A stretch of DNA of 64,000 bases from Candidatus Omnitrophota bacterium (GCA_041662125.1 JBAZTA010000001.1:582379-646378); one strand, 5' to 3'. Counted from the stretch's first letter, positions 10,005-21,014 are shown. A program made the numbers and translations. Notes: generated by a model not told the origin, from the sequence alone.

Positions 10005-11030
10005 TTATCTCTTCTTAACCATATGACTCCCCTTCTCTTCCTCAATCTCTCCTACAATCTCTTCGAGAAGGTCTTCCAGCGTCACCATTCCTAAAGTATT
10101 CTTTTGCTCATCAACCACAACTGCGATCTGAATTCTGTCTGCCTGGAACTTCCGTAAGAGCTCATTAACCCGCACCAGTGGCGCAACACAATAGACCATA
10201 CGCAAAAGATCCTGTAATACAAAGAGCCTCTTATCGCGCAGAATATAAAGGAGGTCATTGGCATAAACCACACCAATGATATTCTCTATAGAACCACTAT
10301 AGACCGGCAGCCGCGCATGGCCCTGTTCGACAAAGATATTTAAAAGAGCTTCAGAGCTTATCGAACTATCGACCGCCACCATCTTGGTTTTGGGGACCAT
10401 GACTTCTCCAACCTTGGTATCGCCAAACTCGAAGATCTTATGCAGCATTTTGCGTTCTTCATCACTTAAAACCCCTTCTTCCTTACCGATTTCAATGATC
10501 ATACGCAATTCTTCTTCAGTAACTAACGGTGAACGCTTAACCGGCTGGATGCGCATCAAGCGCAAGATACAATCGCTTATTCCGGTAAAAATAATGATCA
10601 CCGGGCCAAGAGCCCTGATCAACAACTCCATAAAAGGCGCCATAAACAACGCAACACGTTCCGGACTTTTTGTAGCCAGGATCTTAGGCGTTATTTCACA
10701 AAAAACCAGCACAAAAAATGTCGATGAAAATGTCGCCAAGACAATACCAAGTTGATACCCGAAAAGCTGGACAAAGATCACGGTAATAAGAACGGAAATC
10801 GCGATATTAACAAAATTGTTCCCGATAAGAATAGCAGCGATCAATTTATCAAGTTTAGTAACCAGGTTTTGTACGGCCAAAGCCCCACGCTTACCCTGTT
10901 CTACCAGATGACGCAACCGTATCTTATTTAACGCGATAATGGAAGTTTCCGAAGCGGACAAGAAAAAAGAAATAATCGAAAGCACGGACAAAACAATCAC
11001 TACCAGCGGGATGGAAAATATGAAGTGCAT
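10005..11030 (-). CDS. HlyC/CorC family transporter (DUF21 membrane domain + CBS pair + CorC_HlyC domain)
   Basis: 341 aa. N-terminal 4-TM DUF21 region, a CBS domain pair, and the C-terminal GMVTLEDLLEEIVGEIEEE motif. Confidence 0.8.
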   Translation of the reverse strand: MHFIFSIPLVVIVLSVLSIISFFLSASETSIIALNKIRLRHLVEQGKRGALAVQNLVTKLDKLIAAILIGNNFVNIAISVLITVIFVQLFGYQLGIVLATFSSTFFVLVFCEITPKILATKSPERVALFMAPFMELLIRALGPVIIIFTGISDCILRLMRIQPVKRSPLVTEEELRMIIEIGKEEGVLSDEERKMLHKIFEFGDTKVGEVMVPKTKMVAVDSSISSEALLNIFVEQGHARLPVYSGSIENIIGVVYANDLLYILRDKRLFVLQDLLRMVYCVAPLVRVNELLRKFQADRIQIAVVVDEQKNTLGMVTLEDLLEEIVGEIEEEKGSHMVKKR

Positions 11031-11036
11031 CTATTT

Positions 11037-12305
11037 TTATCCTAACTGTATTTTTTTGAGAAGATCAGCTTCTTGATCCTTACCCGGGCCGATCAATGCC
11101 AGATTTAAACATCTCTGTTGAAATATTTCCTGGGCCGCCTGAAGGATATCCTGGCGTTTTACCTGCCGGACCTCCTTAAAAACATCTTCAAGCGTATACG
11201 TTTTATCCATTGCCAAAGTTGATTCCCCGATCCACAACATATGGTCCAAAGTATCTTCTAACGCCAACATGAGCTGCCCCAAATAAAACTCCTTGGCGCG
11301 GCGGAACTCATCATCGCTTACCAGAGCATGCCTGATCCGCTTAAGCTCTTTAATGATCAAGACAAGTGCTTCATTGACTTTTTTATTATCAATACCGGCA
11401 TGCACTACAAAAGCCCCGGTATCCTGGAAGCGTTTTACCTGCGTACCGATCTCATAGGCAAGCCCTCTTTTTTCCCGAAGTTCGTTAAACAGGCGGCTTG
11501 ACATATTCCCCCCTAATATTACATGCAATAAACCAACCGCATGTTTTAACGGGTGCCCTCGTTTAAAACTATGAAACCCCAAAGCTACATGCGTTTGTTC
11601 TGTTTCTTTAGGATAAAGCTTCACGTGTGATCTCGTTTGCTGCTGCAACGCTTCAGCGCATTGGTTCTTCTGTGTTCCCGATTGGCCGAGGAATACTTTT
11701 TTTACCCGCTTGAGTAACACATCATGTTCCAATAATCCTGCAGCGCTTATTACAATATTGGACGGGCCGTAATGGTTTTGTTTGAACCAAGACAGGCCTT
11801 TACGGTCTACCCTGCTGACTGATTCGACACTGCCTAAAACACTCATCCCTAACGCCTGACCCGGCCACATCAACTCATCAAGCAAATCATAAACATAGCT
11901 CTGCGGCAGATCTTTATACATCTTAATCTCTTCTAAGATAACGGTTTGTTCCTTTTGAATATCGTTTTTTAAAAGCAGCGGGTTTGCCACCATATCAGAG
12001 AGTATGTCAAACGCCAGATCCCAATGACGGCTTGGCAATTTTACCAGGTAACAGGTCGCCTCTTCTGAGGTAAATCCGTTTAACGCGCCACCCACGCCTT
12101 CAATGGATTCTTTGATCTCCTGGCAGGAATATTTCTTTGAACCTTTAAAAAGCAAATGTTCCAGGTAATGGCTGATCCCCTTATTCTCAACTGACTCATA
12201 CCTGCCGCCTACCTTGATCCAAATACCCAGAGCCACCGACTGCATTTTCGGCATGCGATGAGTAATAACCGTAATCCCGTTTTCTAAAACAGTCTTAGTA
12301 TACAT
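11037..12305 (-). CDS. M16 family zinc peptidase (insulinase-like)
   Basis: Inverted zinc-binding motif HYLEHLLFKGS (HxxEH). The start is taken at the internal ATG (MYTKTVLENGITV), which leaves a 5-nt gap after trpA; the ORF-track start at 12338 would overlap trpA by 44 nt. Confidence 0.75.
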   Translation of the reverse strand: MYTKTVLENGITVITHRMPKMQSVALGIWIKVGGRYESVENKGISHYLEHLLFKGSKKYSCQEIKESIEGVGGALNGFTSEEATCYLVKLPSRHWDLAFDILSDMVANPLLLKNDIQKEQTVILEEIKMYKDLPQSYVYDLLDELMWPGQALGMSVLGSVESVSRVDRKGLSWFKQNHYGPSNIVISAAGLLEHDVLLKRVKKVFLGQSGTQKNQCAEALQQQTRSHVKLYPKETEQTHVALGFHSFKRGHPLKHAVGLLHVILGGNMSSRLFNELREKRGLAYEIGTQVKRFQDTGAFVVHAGIDNKKVNEALVLIIKELKRIRHALVSDDEFRRAKEFYLGQLMLALEDTLDHMLWIGESTLAMDKTYTLEDVFKEVRQVKRQDILQAAQEIFQQRCLNLALIGPGKDQEADLLKKIQLG

Positions 12306-13092
12306 GGTTTCCTTGTAAATATCTGATGAATCGGCCAACGCGTTTGACTAAAGCCGGGTTACCGATATTTTCTTTGATCTTCTTGACAACCGCGCTGCCT
12401 ACAATAACGCCGTCAGCAAACGACTGAACCTCTTTAACCTGCTCGGCAGTTGAGATCCCAAAACCGACACAAACAGGTTTTGAGGTACAAGATTTAAGCA
12501 TTCTCACCTTCTTGATGAGGCCAAGAGAGAGTTTCGCGCGCGCTCCGGTCACACCGGCAAGCGAAACATAATAAATAAAGCCTTTTGAGATACCAGCGAT
12601 ATATTTCATCCGGGAAAGAGGCGTTGTCGGAGAGACAAAATAGACCCCATCAACCTTATATTCCTTCTCAAACGCGATCAAGCTGCTACTCTCTTCAGGA
12701 GGTAAATCTGGAATAATAACCCCATCTACGCCACAGTCAGCCGCAGCCTTGATAAACGCTTGTTCTCCAAAGCAAAAAACCGGGTTATAATACGTCATAA
12801 GACAAATTGGTATCGCCGTATGTTTTCTGGCCTTCCTGACTACTTCCAATATTCCTTTAAGATTAACCCCCTTGGCTAACGCTGCTTGAGAGGCTTCCTG
12901 AATGATCAAACCATCTGCCATAGGGTCAGAAAACGGCACGCCTAACTCAATAATATCGACGCCTGAAACAGCTAACTCTAATAGTAAACGGTAGGTTGTC
13001 TCCAGGTCAGGATAACCGGCAGTAATAAAAACAATCAACGCCTTTTTACCTTTATCGCGCAATTCCCTGAACTTCTTTTCAAGGCCTGTCAT
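12295..13092 (-). CDS. trpA: tryptophan synthase alpha chain
   Basis: 265 aa; KALIVFITAGYPDLETT and GVDIIELGVPFSDPMADG are TrpA signatures. Confidence 0.9.
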   Translation of the reverse strand: MTGLEKKFRELRDKGKKALIVFITAGYPDLETTYRLLLELAVSGVDIIELGVPFSDPMADGLIIQEASQAALAKGVNLKGILEVVRKARKHTAIPICLMTYYNPVFCFGEQAFIKAAADCGVDGVIIPDLPPEESSSLIAFEKEYKVDGVYFVSPTTPLSRMKYIAGISKGFIYYVSLAGVTGARAKLSLGLIKKVRMLKSCTSKPVCVGFGISTAEQVKEVQSFADGVIVGSAVVKKIKENIGNPALVKRVGRFIRYLQGNHVY

Positions 13093-13106
13093 GATCTCAA
13101 TACCTC

Positions 13107-14288
13107 TTATACGTGTAATCTCTGAGTAACAATCCCTAAATCTTTATCCCCTCTTCCCGAGAGACAGACAATAACAATGGAATTCCGGCTTATTTTCTTC
13201 GCAAGTTTTTTAAGATAGGCGATCGCATGCGATGATTCTAAAGCAGGAATGATCCCTTCTAACTGTGTCAACAGCTTAAAACCATCCAGAGCTTGCGTGT
13301 CATTAACCGCTACGTATTGCGCGCGGCCTATCTTTTTATAATAGGCGTGTTCCGGCCCGACCCCCGGATAATCAAGCCCGGCGGAAATTGAATGGGTGGA
13401 TTTTATCTGGCCGAACCTGTCTTGGAGGAGGTTTGATTTTGATCCATGCAGCACTCCGATATCGCCAATGACCAGTGTCGCGGCGTGTTTTCCGGTAGAT
13501 AAACCCAAACCTCCTGCTTCAACGCCAATACACTTTACTTTCGTATCATTAAAGAATGGGTGAAATAATCCCATGGCATTACTCCCCCCGCCAACACAGG
13601 CAACCAGATAATCCGGCAGGCGCTTGTCTTTCTTAATGATTTGCCGTCTGGCCTCGGTGCCGATCACTGACTGGAAATCCCTCACAAGCGTCGGATATGG
13701 ATGAGGGCCGGCAACAGTACCGATAATATAATGCGTATGGGCGACATTGGTTACCCAATCCCGCAAAGCCTGCGTCATGGCATCTTTGAGTGTCTTAGTA
13801 CCGCTGGCAACGGGAATAACGCGCGCGCCCAAAAGCTTCATCCTGAAAACATTAGGTTTTTGGCGTTCAATATCTTCTTCGCCCATATAAATATCACATT
13901 GCAGGCCGAACATTGCCGCTACCGTCGCAGTCGCCACTCCATGCTGGCCTGCCCCGGTTTCCGCGATAACACGCGGTTTTTTCATCCGTAATGCCAAAAG
14001 GACCTGTCCTAAGGTATTGTTTATCTTATGAGCTCCGGTATGCAGGAGATCTTCACGTTTCAGATATATCTTATTAATACCCAGGTAGTTACTGAGATTT
14101 CTAGCCAGATATAACGGCGTCGGCCTGCCCGCGTATTCTTTCAAATAATACTCAAGCTCTTGTTTAAACGCTTTATCATGCTTTGCTTTCTGATACTCTA
14201 ATTCCAATTCGCGCAAGGCATACATAAGCGTTTCTGAAACAAATGTCCCGCCAAAACCGCCAAAATATCCTGATTTATCTGCTCTCAT
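13107..14288 (-). CDS. trpB: tryptophan synthase beta chain
   Basis: 393 aa; the PLP-lysine region HTGAHKINN and GGGSNAMG are present. Confidence 0.92.
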   Translation of the reverse strand: MRADKSGYFGGFGGTFVSETLMYALRELELEYQKAKHDKAFKQELEYYLKEYAGRPTPLYLARNLSNYLGINKIYLKREDLLHTGAHKINNTLGQVLLALRMKKPRVIAETGAGQHGVATATVAAMFGLQCDIYMGEEDIERQKPNVFRMKLLGARVIPVASGTKTLKDAMTQALRDWVTNVAHTHYIIGTVAGPHPYPTLVRDFQSVIGTEARRQIIKKDKRLPDYLVACVGGGSNAMGLFHPFFNDTKVKCIGVEAGGLGLSTGKHAATLVIGDIGVLHGSKSNLLQDRFGQIKSTHSISAGLDYPGVGPEHAYYKKIGRAQYVAVNDTQALDGFKLLTQLEGIIPALESSHAIAYLKKLAKKISRNSIVIVCLSGRGDKDLGIVTQRLHV

Positions 14289-14314
14289 AAAATCCTCATG
14301 TCTTTACATGCGCT

Positions 14315-14343
14315 ATTATATGTAAAAAACAAACAGGTGTCAA
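14315..14343 (-). promoter_or_regulatory. perfect-consensus sigma70 promoter upstream of trpB (TTGACA-17nt-TATAAT)
   Basis: The minus strand reads TTGACAcctgtttgttttttacaTATAAT (revcomp of 14315-14343), about 25 nt upstream of the trpB ATG with a GAGGA RBS. It lies in the 71-nt gap between the zinc-ribbon membrane protein gene and trpB. Confidence 0.55.
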
Positions 14344-14359
14344 ATTAATCAAAGTAATC

Positions 14360-14710
14360 CTATACCCATTTCTGGTTCGAGCCAAGGGAGTTCTTGATCC
14401 GCTGCAAGAACTCTTGAAACAAAGCAAAAATATTCGCGGCGTTCTGCTCTATCCCCTTGATCCAGGAAGGCAAATGAATATCAAATGGTAAAGCAAGCTC
14501 ATTCCCCGATAATTTCCTGAATGTCATCAGGATTACAATGTAAATGCCATATATCAAAAGGGCAAACATAATAATGACCAGGAACACCATTATCAAACAA
14601 CCGATCAAACAATTCTTTGTCTTCTTCTTGCGCGCTAAATCAGCGCCGCAAAACCGGCATTTTATCGCCTGATCTTGGATTTCTTCGGCACAATGCGGAC
14701 ATTTCTTCAT
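14360..14710 (-). CDS. zinc-ribbon domain membrane protein (N-terminal CxxC...CxxC ribbon, one TM helix, ~50-aa C-terminal domain), embedded in the trp operon
   Basis: 116 aa: [25 protein letters not shown], then the hydrophobic stretch [29 protein letters not shown]. The start is 7 nt after the trpF stop. Confidence 0.55.
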   Translation of the reverse strand: MKKCPHCAEEIQDQAIKCRFCGADLARKKKTKNCLIGCLIMVFLVIIMFALLIYGIYIVILMTFRKLSGNELALPFDIHLPSWIKGIEQNAANIFALFQEFLQRIKNSLGSNQKWV

Positions 14711-14717
14711 ACGCGCC

Positions 14718-15341
14718 TCAACCCGGAATTTTCCTTATTGACCGAATAAACGCCGTTACTTTCGCATGGTCTTTCTTACCCGGCGATATTTCCAGGGAAC
14801 TGGAAACATCCACCCAATCAGGACGCGCGACTTTTACCGCCTCCAAGACATTTTTCGCAGTCAAACCTCCTGATAAAAATATCGGCCTTTTTAAATCACG
14901 CAGATGCCGTATAAGTTTCCAATCAAACCGCTTGCCGGTCCCGCCAACCTTAGAGGCAACATAGGTATCAAAAAGATACGCACTTGTTTTATACCTGGCT
15001 ATTTTTGCTTCATCAAGCTTATGCTTAATCCTAAAAGCCTTAATCACCTTGTAATCTTTGAACCGAGCGCAAAACTCAGCAGATTCATTGCCATGGAATT
15101 GCAAGACACTTAGGCTGCAGAGCCTGGCGATACGGCGGATAGTTTTTTCACGCGCGTTAACAAATACCCCCATGGTCAGGGTATGTTCAGGCAGCTGTTT
15201 TATTATACCGGCAGCCTCATACGGAGAAATATACCGGGGGCTCTTTTTATAAAACACAAAGCCGATAGCATCACAGCCTGCCTTCACAGAAACACGCGCG
15301 TCAGCCACATTCGTTATCCCGCAAATTTTAACCTTTACCAT
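14718..15341 (-). CDS. trpF: phosphoribosylanthranilate isomerase
   Basis: 207 aa; [15 protein letters not shown] and the overall TrpF pattern. Confidence 0.85.
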   Translation of the reverse strand: MVKVKICGITNVADARVSVKAGCDAIGFVFYKKSPRYISPYEAAGIIKQLPEHTLTMGVFVNAREKTIRRIARLCSLSVLQFHGNESAEFCARFKDYKVIKAFRIKHKLDEAKIARYKTSAYLFDTYVASKVGGTGKRFDWKLIRHLRDLKRPIFLSGGLTAKNVLEAVKVARPDWVDVSSSLEISPGKKDHAKVTAFIRSIRKIPG

Positions 15342-16123
15342 CCCATCACTTCTTCAACTTTTTGCTTAATATCCCCAGCCTCCATAAAAGCCTGGCCGAT
15401 CAAAACAGCTTTAACTCCCAGAATCTTTAAAAACAGGACCTCAGAAGCGCTCTTGATCCCGCTTTCCGCGATCACAACCTTGTCCTTAGGGGCACGTATA
15501 AATAAACGCTCAATGGTCTTAGGATCTACCTCAAGAGTATGCAGGTCGCGGTTATTGATGCCAATAAGCGGGGCCTTTAAACTTAAGATTTTCTTTAAAT
15601 CTTTTTCCGTATGCGCCTCAACGAGACATTCCAACCCCACTTCTGAGGCAATCCGCAGCAGCTCTGCTAAGCTATCTTTAGAGAGCAAATCAGCAATTAA
15701 TAAGATCGCATCCGCCCCCAGAAGGCGAGACTCATAGACGTGATAGGGCTCCAGGATAAAATCTTTTCGTAACACGGGTAAATCAACCGCATTCTTAACT
15801 TCTTGAATAAAAGAGGGACTGCCTTGGAAGAAATCTTCTTCCGTCAATACTGAAAGCGCCTGCGCCCCGGCATCCTTATAGATACGCGCGATTCCGGCGG
15901 GGTCAAAATCCTGGCGGATAACCCCTCGGGAAGGCGAAGCCTTTTTTATTTCAGCGATCAATGAAATCGTATGAGGTTTATTAATCGCTTTCATAAAACC
16001 CCGCACAGGCGCTAATCCCTGAAGAGCGGCTTTTATCGCCTCTTCAGGCAAGGCCTGCTTTGCTAACAGGAGCCGTTCTTTTTTCTTCAATACTATTTCT
16101 TTTAAAGTATCGTTTTTCTTCAT
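15335..16123 (-). CDS. trpC: indole-3-glycerol phosphate synthase
   Basis: 262 aa; IAEIKKASPSRG, LSVLTEEDFFQGS and LIGINNRDL are IGPS motifs. Confidence 0.88.
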   Translation of the reverse strand: MKKNDTLKEIVLKKKERLLLAKQALPEEAIKAALQGLAPVRGFMKAINKPHTISLIAEIKKASPSRGVIRQDFDPAGIARIYKDAGAQALSVLTEEDFFQGSPSFIQEVKNAVDLPVLRKDFILEPYHVYESRLLGADAILLIADLLSKDSLAELLRIASEVGLECLVEAHTEKDLKKILSLKAPLIGINNRDLHTLEVDPKTIERLFIRAPKDKVVIAESGIKSASEVLFLKILGVKAVLIGQAFMEAGDIKQKVEEVMGW

Positions 16124-16127
16124 ATAC

Positions 16128-17141
16128 TTACACTCGCTGTGAATATTCTTTTAATAACTCCAGTTTCTTCAAGGCCTTTCCCGAATCGATCGCCTCTTCG
16201 GCTAATTGAATACCCTCTTTGATGGAGGCAGCCCTGTCAGCGGCGTAAATCGCGCAGGCAGCATTGAAAACCACCAGGTCCCGCACGCAGCCCGGTTTAC
16301 CGTTTAGAATATCAAGCAAAACAGCCGCGTTCTCTTCTGCGGAGCCGCCGCGCAAATCTTCCAGGCGCGCGCGCGTAAAGCCGAATTCTTCCGGAGTTAT
16401 CCTGTAAGAATCTATTTTACCATTATGGACTTCTGCAACTTCTGTGGCGGCAGTCGTCGTTACCTCATCAAGCCCATCTTCTCCATGCACGACCAAGGCA
16501 TGCAGAGCACCCACCTGTAACAAAACATGCGCTATTTTCTTAGTCCAGCTTTTCTCATAGACACCTACCAACTGATGGCGTGCCCCGGCAGGATTGGTCA
16601 ATGGGCCCAGGATATTAAAAATAGTCTTGCGGGCGATCTGTTTCCTGGCAGGCATAGCATATTTCATCGCCGGATGCAGATTCTGGGCGAATAAAAAAGC
16701 GATATTGATATCTTTGAGGCTTGCGCTTAATTTCTCAGGGCTCACGTTAAGGTTAACGCCTAATGCCTCTAATATATCAGCGCTTCCTGAACGGCTGGAC
16801 ACTGAACGGTTACCATGCTTAGCAACTCTGATACCACACCCGCTGGCGACAAAAGCCACTGCAGTCGAAACATTAAAAATACCTTTTTGATCACCGCCGG
16901 TCCCGCAGGTATCCAAAACTATGCCCTCAACAACAGGGACTTTACGGACATGACGGCGCATCACTACTACCGCCGCCGTAATTTCATCCACGGTCTGGCC
17001 CTTATCTTCAAGGGCGATCAGGAAAGAGACGATCTGCGGCGTATCGAGTTTCCCGCTCATGATCTCTTCCATCACTTCTTCCATCTGCAGCCTATTCAGG
17101 TCTTTTTTCTCCTGCAGCTGTTTGATTGCCTCGTCTATCAT
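16128..17141 (-). CDS. trpD: anthranilate phosphoribosyltransferase
   Basis: 337 aa; [31 protein letters not shown] and [10 protein letters not shown] are present. Confidence 0.9.
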   Translation of the reverse strand: MIDEAIKQLQEKKDLNRLQMEEVMEEIMSGKLDTPQIVSFLIALEDKGQTVDEITAAVVVMRRHVRKVPVVEGIVLDTCGTGGDQKGIFNVSTAVAFVASGCGIRVAKHGNRSVSSRSGSADILEALGVNLNVSPEKLSASLKDINIAFLFAQNLHPAMKYAMPARKQIARKTIFNILGPLTNPAGARHQLVGVYEKSWTKKIAHVLLQVGALHALVVHGEDGLDEVTTTAATEVAEVHNGKIDSYRITPEEFGFTRARLEDLRGGSAEENAAVLLDILNGKPGCVRDLVVFNAACAIYAADRAASIKEGIQLAEEAIDSGKALKKLELLKEYSQRV

Positions 17142-17701
17142 AATCTTAGAAAATTAGCCAACAGGTCTTTCCCGGATTTGGTCAGGATAGATTCCGGATG
17201 AAACTGGACGCCCCACAGAGGGTATTTCTTATGTTTAAGCCCCATGATCTCACCGGATTTCGTCCACGCGATGACCTCTAAACACTGAGGAAGGCTCTTT
17301 TTCTCAACAAGTAAAGAATGATACCGGGTTGCTTCAAATGGATTTGGCAACGCTTTAAAAATTTCTTTACCATTATGATATATTAACGACGTCTTGCCAT
17401 GCATCAGCTTTTTGGCATTGATAATACGGCCGCCATAGACATAACCGATACTTTGGTGGCCCAAACAAACTCCTAAGATCGGGATTGTTCCGGCACATTC
17501 CTTAATAACAGCACAGGAAATACCTGCGTTTTCTGGCCTGCCCGGGCCGGGTGAAACTACGATCCTGCGAGGTTTTAACTTTTTAACCTGCTCTATCGTT
17601 ATCTTATCATTCCTAAAAACCTTAATATCCTGGCCCAATTCTCCGAAATATTGCACGAGGTTATAGGTGAAAGAATCATAATTATCGATCATCAGGATCA
17701 T
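17138..17701 (-). CDS. trpG: anthranilate synthase component II / aminodeoxychorismate synthase glutamine amidotransferase
   Basis: 187 aa class-I GATase: [22 protein letters not shown] and GVQFHPES. There is a 4-nt overlap with trpD. Confidence 0.85.
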   Translation of the reverse strand: MILMIDNYDSFTYNLVQYFGELGQDIKVFRNDKITIEQVKKLKPRRIVVSPGPGRPENAGISCAVIKECAGTIPILGVCLGHQSIGYVYGGRIINAKKLMHGKTSLIYHNGKEIFKALPNPFEATRYHSLLVEKKSLPQCLEVIAWTKSGEIMGLKHKKYPLWGVQFHPESILTKSGKDLLANFLRL

Positions 17702-17716
17702 ACCGGATTTCTCCTT

Positions 17717-18979
17717 CTATTCTTTTTCTCTCCAGATCCGAGCGCCCAGCTGCTGCAGCTTCATTTCCAGGTTTTCATAGCCGCGTTCTAAATGATAGAT
17801 CCTGGAAATCGAGGTCTTGCCCCGGGCCACCAGGCCCGCCAGCACCAGCCCCGCGGATGCGCGTAAATCAGAAGCCATAACCGGCGCCCCTGATAAATGC
17901 CCTACGCCCTGAACAATCGCATGCGGCCCTTCTATCTGAATATTGGCGCCCATGCGGTTTAATTCAGGGACATGCATGAAACGGTCAGGATAAATTTTCT
18001 CGGTAATAACGCTGATGCCGGCAGTTACGCTCATCAGGCTCATGATCTGGGCCTGGGCATCAGTCGGGAATGCCGGATACGGCAAGGTCGTTAAATTCAC
18101 AGGTTTTAATTTCCTCTTGAGCCTCAAGGAAATCGTAGTATCTTTCTTGATAACCTGCGCGCCTGTTTCCTCTAATTTATCAATCACCGCGCCCAAATGC
18201 TTGCTCAACGCATTCTTAATAATGATATCGCTGTTGGTGATCAATGCGGCTATCATGAATGTCGCAGTCTCAATCCTGTCAGGAATAACGCTGTGGTCAG
18301 CGCCGTGTAAGCGTTTAACTCCTTCAATCTCAATAGTCGGCGTCCCATGGCCTTTTATTTTTGCCCCCATCTTGATCAGGAATTCCGCTAAGTCAGCAAC
18401 TTCCGGTTCACATGCCGCTGATTCAATCACGGTCTTGCCCTGCGCCAGGCAGGCTGCCATCATGACATTATCCGTCGCTAGAACAGAAGAGCCAAATGCG
18501 CCGCCTAAATAAATATGGTTTCCTTTCAAGCGGGGGGCATCGACCACCACATATCCCGATTCAACATTGACAGACGCACCAAGCGCCTTAATGCCTTTGA
18601 TATGAAGATCAACCGGCCGTATACCGATGACGCAACCGCCCGGGAGAGAAACTTTTGCTTTCTTTAACTTCCCCACCAGCGGCCCTAAGACGCAAAAAGA
18701 AGCGCGCATGGTCGAAACTAATTTATAGTCAGCCACATAGGGGCAGTTTTTGGTCGCCGTTACTAAAACCCTTCCCTTATCCATCTCAACATTCTTTCCC
18801 AAAGAACGCAAGATCTTAAGCATCGTAACCGTATCCCTCAAATTAGGCGCATTTTTGATAACACAGGGGCCATCAGTCAGTAATGTTGCCGCCAGTATCG
18901 GTAATACCGCATTTTTAGAGCCGGATACCGTTACTTCACCTTTAAGCCTTACACCGCCTTCAATGATTAATTTATCCAT
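17717..18979 (-). CDS. murA: UDP-N-acetylglucosamine 1-carboxyvinyltransferase
   Basis: 420 aa; MDKLIIEGGVRLKGEVTVSGSKNAVLPILAA and the active-site Cys region LPGGCVIG are present. Confidence 0.92.
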   Translation of the reverse strand: MDKLIIEGGVRLKGEVTVSGSKNAVLPILAATLLTDGPCVIKNAPNLRDTVTMLKILRSLGKNVEMDKGRVLVTATKNCPYVADYKLVSTMRASFCVLGPLVGKLKKAKVSLPGGCVIGIRPVDLHIKGIKALGASVNVESGYVVVDAPRLKGNHIYLGGAFGSSVLATDNVMMAACLAQGKTVIESAACEPEVADLAEFLIKMGAKIKGHGTPTIEIEGVKRLHGADHSVIPDRIETATFMIAALITNSDIIIKNALSKHLGAVIDKLEETGAQVIKKDTTISLRLKRKLKPVNLTTLPYPAFPTDAQAQIMSLMSVTAGISVITEKIYPDRFMHVPELNRMGANIQIEGPHAIVQGVGHLSGAPVMASDLRASAGLVLAGLVARGKTSISRIYHLERGYENLEMKLQQLGARIWREKE

Positions 18980-19003
18980 CGTTTTAAACCTATCTGTCTG
19001 GTA

Positions 19004-19834
19004 TTAAATTATTTTACGCGCAACCACAACCCTATCGATATTACTATAATCTTTCACTACTTCTATTATCTCAAATTTTCCTGAATTTTGTAGGATATTC
19101 TTTAACGCAGCAGATTGCCTATATCCCATTTCCATAATCAAGAAACCTCCGGTTTTTAAATACTCAGGAGAATCCGCAATAATCCTACGGAAGAAATCCA
19201 AACCGTCAGCACCTCCGTCTAAAGCGACGCAAGGCTCGTAATAAATTTCAGGCTGTAAACTTTTGATTTCTTCTGAAGGGATATACGGAGGGTTGCTGAC
19301 AATGATATCGAAGCGCCGGCCGGATAAAAGGGAAGAAGCAAATAAATCGCTTTCAATAAAATTCACCGTAACGTTATGCGCGACGGCATTACGAGAAGCC
19401 ATACGCAATGCCTGAGGGGATACCTCAACCGCCTCAAGCGCCGCACCAGATAGGATCTTTGCCAGCGATACCGCGATACAACCTGAACCGGTCCCGATAT
19501 CCAGGATACGCAAAGACGCGCCATGGTCCCCGAACACCCTTTCATGCCGGCGCACAGAAGGCCCAAAGATCTCTTCAGCAATTTTGATTACCGTCTCAAC
19601 CAGAATTTCCGTTTCCGGCCGCGGGATCAGCACATCAGGGCTGACGCTTATTGCGTAACCCATAAAATCAGCCTCACCCAAAATATACTGCAGCGGTTCA
19701 CCGGCGATCCGCCGTTTTAGGACACCCGCGATCTGCCGTGAAACTACCCTATCGATAACCTTATCCTTATCCAGGTAGAGCGAAGGCCGGCTGCATTGTA
19801 AAACATAAGAAAACAACAATTCCGCTTCATTCAT
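19004..19834 (-). CDS. prmC: release factor glutamine N5-methyltransferase
   Basis: 276 aa; SAM motif ILDIGTGSGCIA and catalytic IIVSNPPYIP. Confidence 0.88.
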   Translation of the reverse strand: MNEAELLFSYVLQCSRPSLYLDKDKVIDRVVSRQIAGVLKRRIAGEPLQYILGEADFMGYAISVSPDVLIPRPETEILVETVIKIAEEIFGPSVRRHERVFGDHGASLRILDIGTGSGCIAVSLAKILSGAALEAVEVSPQALRMASRNAVAHNVTVNFIESDLFASSLLSGRRFDIIVSNPPYIPSEEIKSLQPEIYYEPCVALDGGADGLDFFRRIIADSPEYLKTGGFLIMEMGYRQSAALKNILQNSGKFEIIEVVKDYSNIDRVVVARKII

Positions 19835-19848
19835 GAGCTTTTAAGTCC

Positions 19849-20904
19849 CTAAGCTTTTTCCTGCGCTGCTTTAATCAAAGCGTCTGAGAATTCTTCCAAA
19901 TTCCCTTCCAGGATCGATTCCAACTGATAAGAAGAATAGTTGATCCGATGATCGGTAACACGGCGGTCAGGAAAATTATACGTGCGGATCTTCTCGCTTC
20001 TATCGCCGGTTCCGATCTGCGAACGCCGCGCTTCAGAGACTTTTTTAAATTCCTCCTGGCGTTTTGCATCCAAAAGCCGGGCAAGCAAGATTCTCATCGC
20101 TTTATGCTTATTTTTCAACTGCGAACGCTCATCCTGGCAGGTTACCACGGTATTGCTCGGGATATGCGTGATCCGTACCGCCGAATCGGTCTTCTGCACA
20201 TTCTGTCCCCCTGCCCCCGAAGAACGATACGTATCAATACGCAGGTCTTTTTGGTCGATTGTCATCTCGGTATCCTCACCGGGTTCGAATAACACAACAA
20301 CAGTCGCTGTTGAAGTATGTATTCGCCCTTGCGACTCAGTCGCCGGTACACGCTGCACCCGATGCACCCCGCTCTCAAATTTAAGTTTTTTATAAGCGTC
20401 CCTGCCCTTTACGCTAAAGATGATTTCTTTAAACCCGCCGCTTTCGTTCTCATGGCCTGACATGGATTCTACCGACCAATTCTTTTTTGCCGCGTATTTC
20501 ACATACATGCGATACAGGTCAGAGGCGAACAACCCTGCTTCATCGCCACCGGTTCCCGGGCGGATCTCAACAATAACGCCTTTACCGGCATCTTCGTCTT
20601 CGCCTTGCAATGCCTCGCGCAATTGCTGCTCCAGCTTAATTTTCTTTGCCTTCAATTCCTCTGATTCTTTAAGTGCTAATTCAATAAAATCGCGGTCATG
20701 TTTTTCCTGCAGCATCTGCTCCAAATCGAGTAATTCAGACGATGTCTTTTTGTACGCTTTGAATAATGACACTGCTGCCCGCAAACCAGAAAGCTCTTTT
20801 GCCAGTTTTTGATACTGGTTTTTATCGGTAACAACCTCGTCAGACCCGAGCAAAAGCTCAACCTCGTGATAACGCTTTTCCAGTTTTTCCAATTGTTCAA
20901 ACAT
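19849..20904 (-). CDS. prfA: peptide chain release factor 1
   Basis: 351 aa; GGQ motif (SGAGGQNVQKT) and a PxT tripeptide (PATE) typical of RF1. Confidence 0.92.
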   Translation of the reverse strand: MFEQLEKLEKRYHEVELLLGSDEVVTDKNQYQKLAKELSGLRAAVSLFKAYKKTSSELLDLEQMLQEKHDRDFIELALKESEELKAKKIKLEQQLREALQGEDEDAGKGVIVEIRPGTGGDEAGLFASDLYRMYVKYAAKKNWSVESMSGHENESGGFKEIIFSVKGRDAYKKLKFESGVHRVQRVPATESQGRIHTSTATVVVLFEPGEDTEMTIDQKDLRIDTYRSSGAGGQNVQKTDSAVRITHIPSNTVVTCQDERSQLKNKHKAMRILLARLLDAKRQEEFKKVSEARRSQIGTGDRSEKIRTYNFPDRRVTDHRINYSSYQLESILEGNLEEFSDALIKAAQEKA

Positions 20905-21014
20905 ATGTTTATCTCGGCGTATTAATAAATTCCCGGTAAAAAGCTAAAACAAGAAAATAAAGGAAAACCAAAATCTCAAGTTAGAATTTCACCTTTAATC
21001 TTTATCCTTTAAAC

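Noticed and set aside
15183-15737. 184-aa plus-strand ORF and other long plus-strand ORFs (e.g. 18015-18512, 26409-26888, 52008-52817, 51565-51915)
   Set aside because: Each is antisense to a strongly conserved minus-strand gene (trpC/trpF, murA, polA, infB) and has biased, low-complexity composition. These are spurious shadow ORFs.
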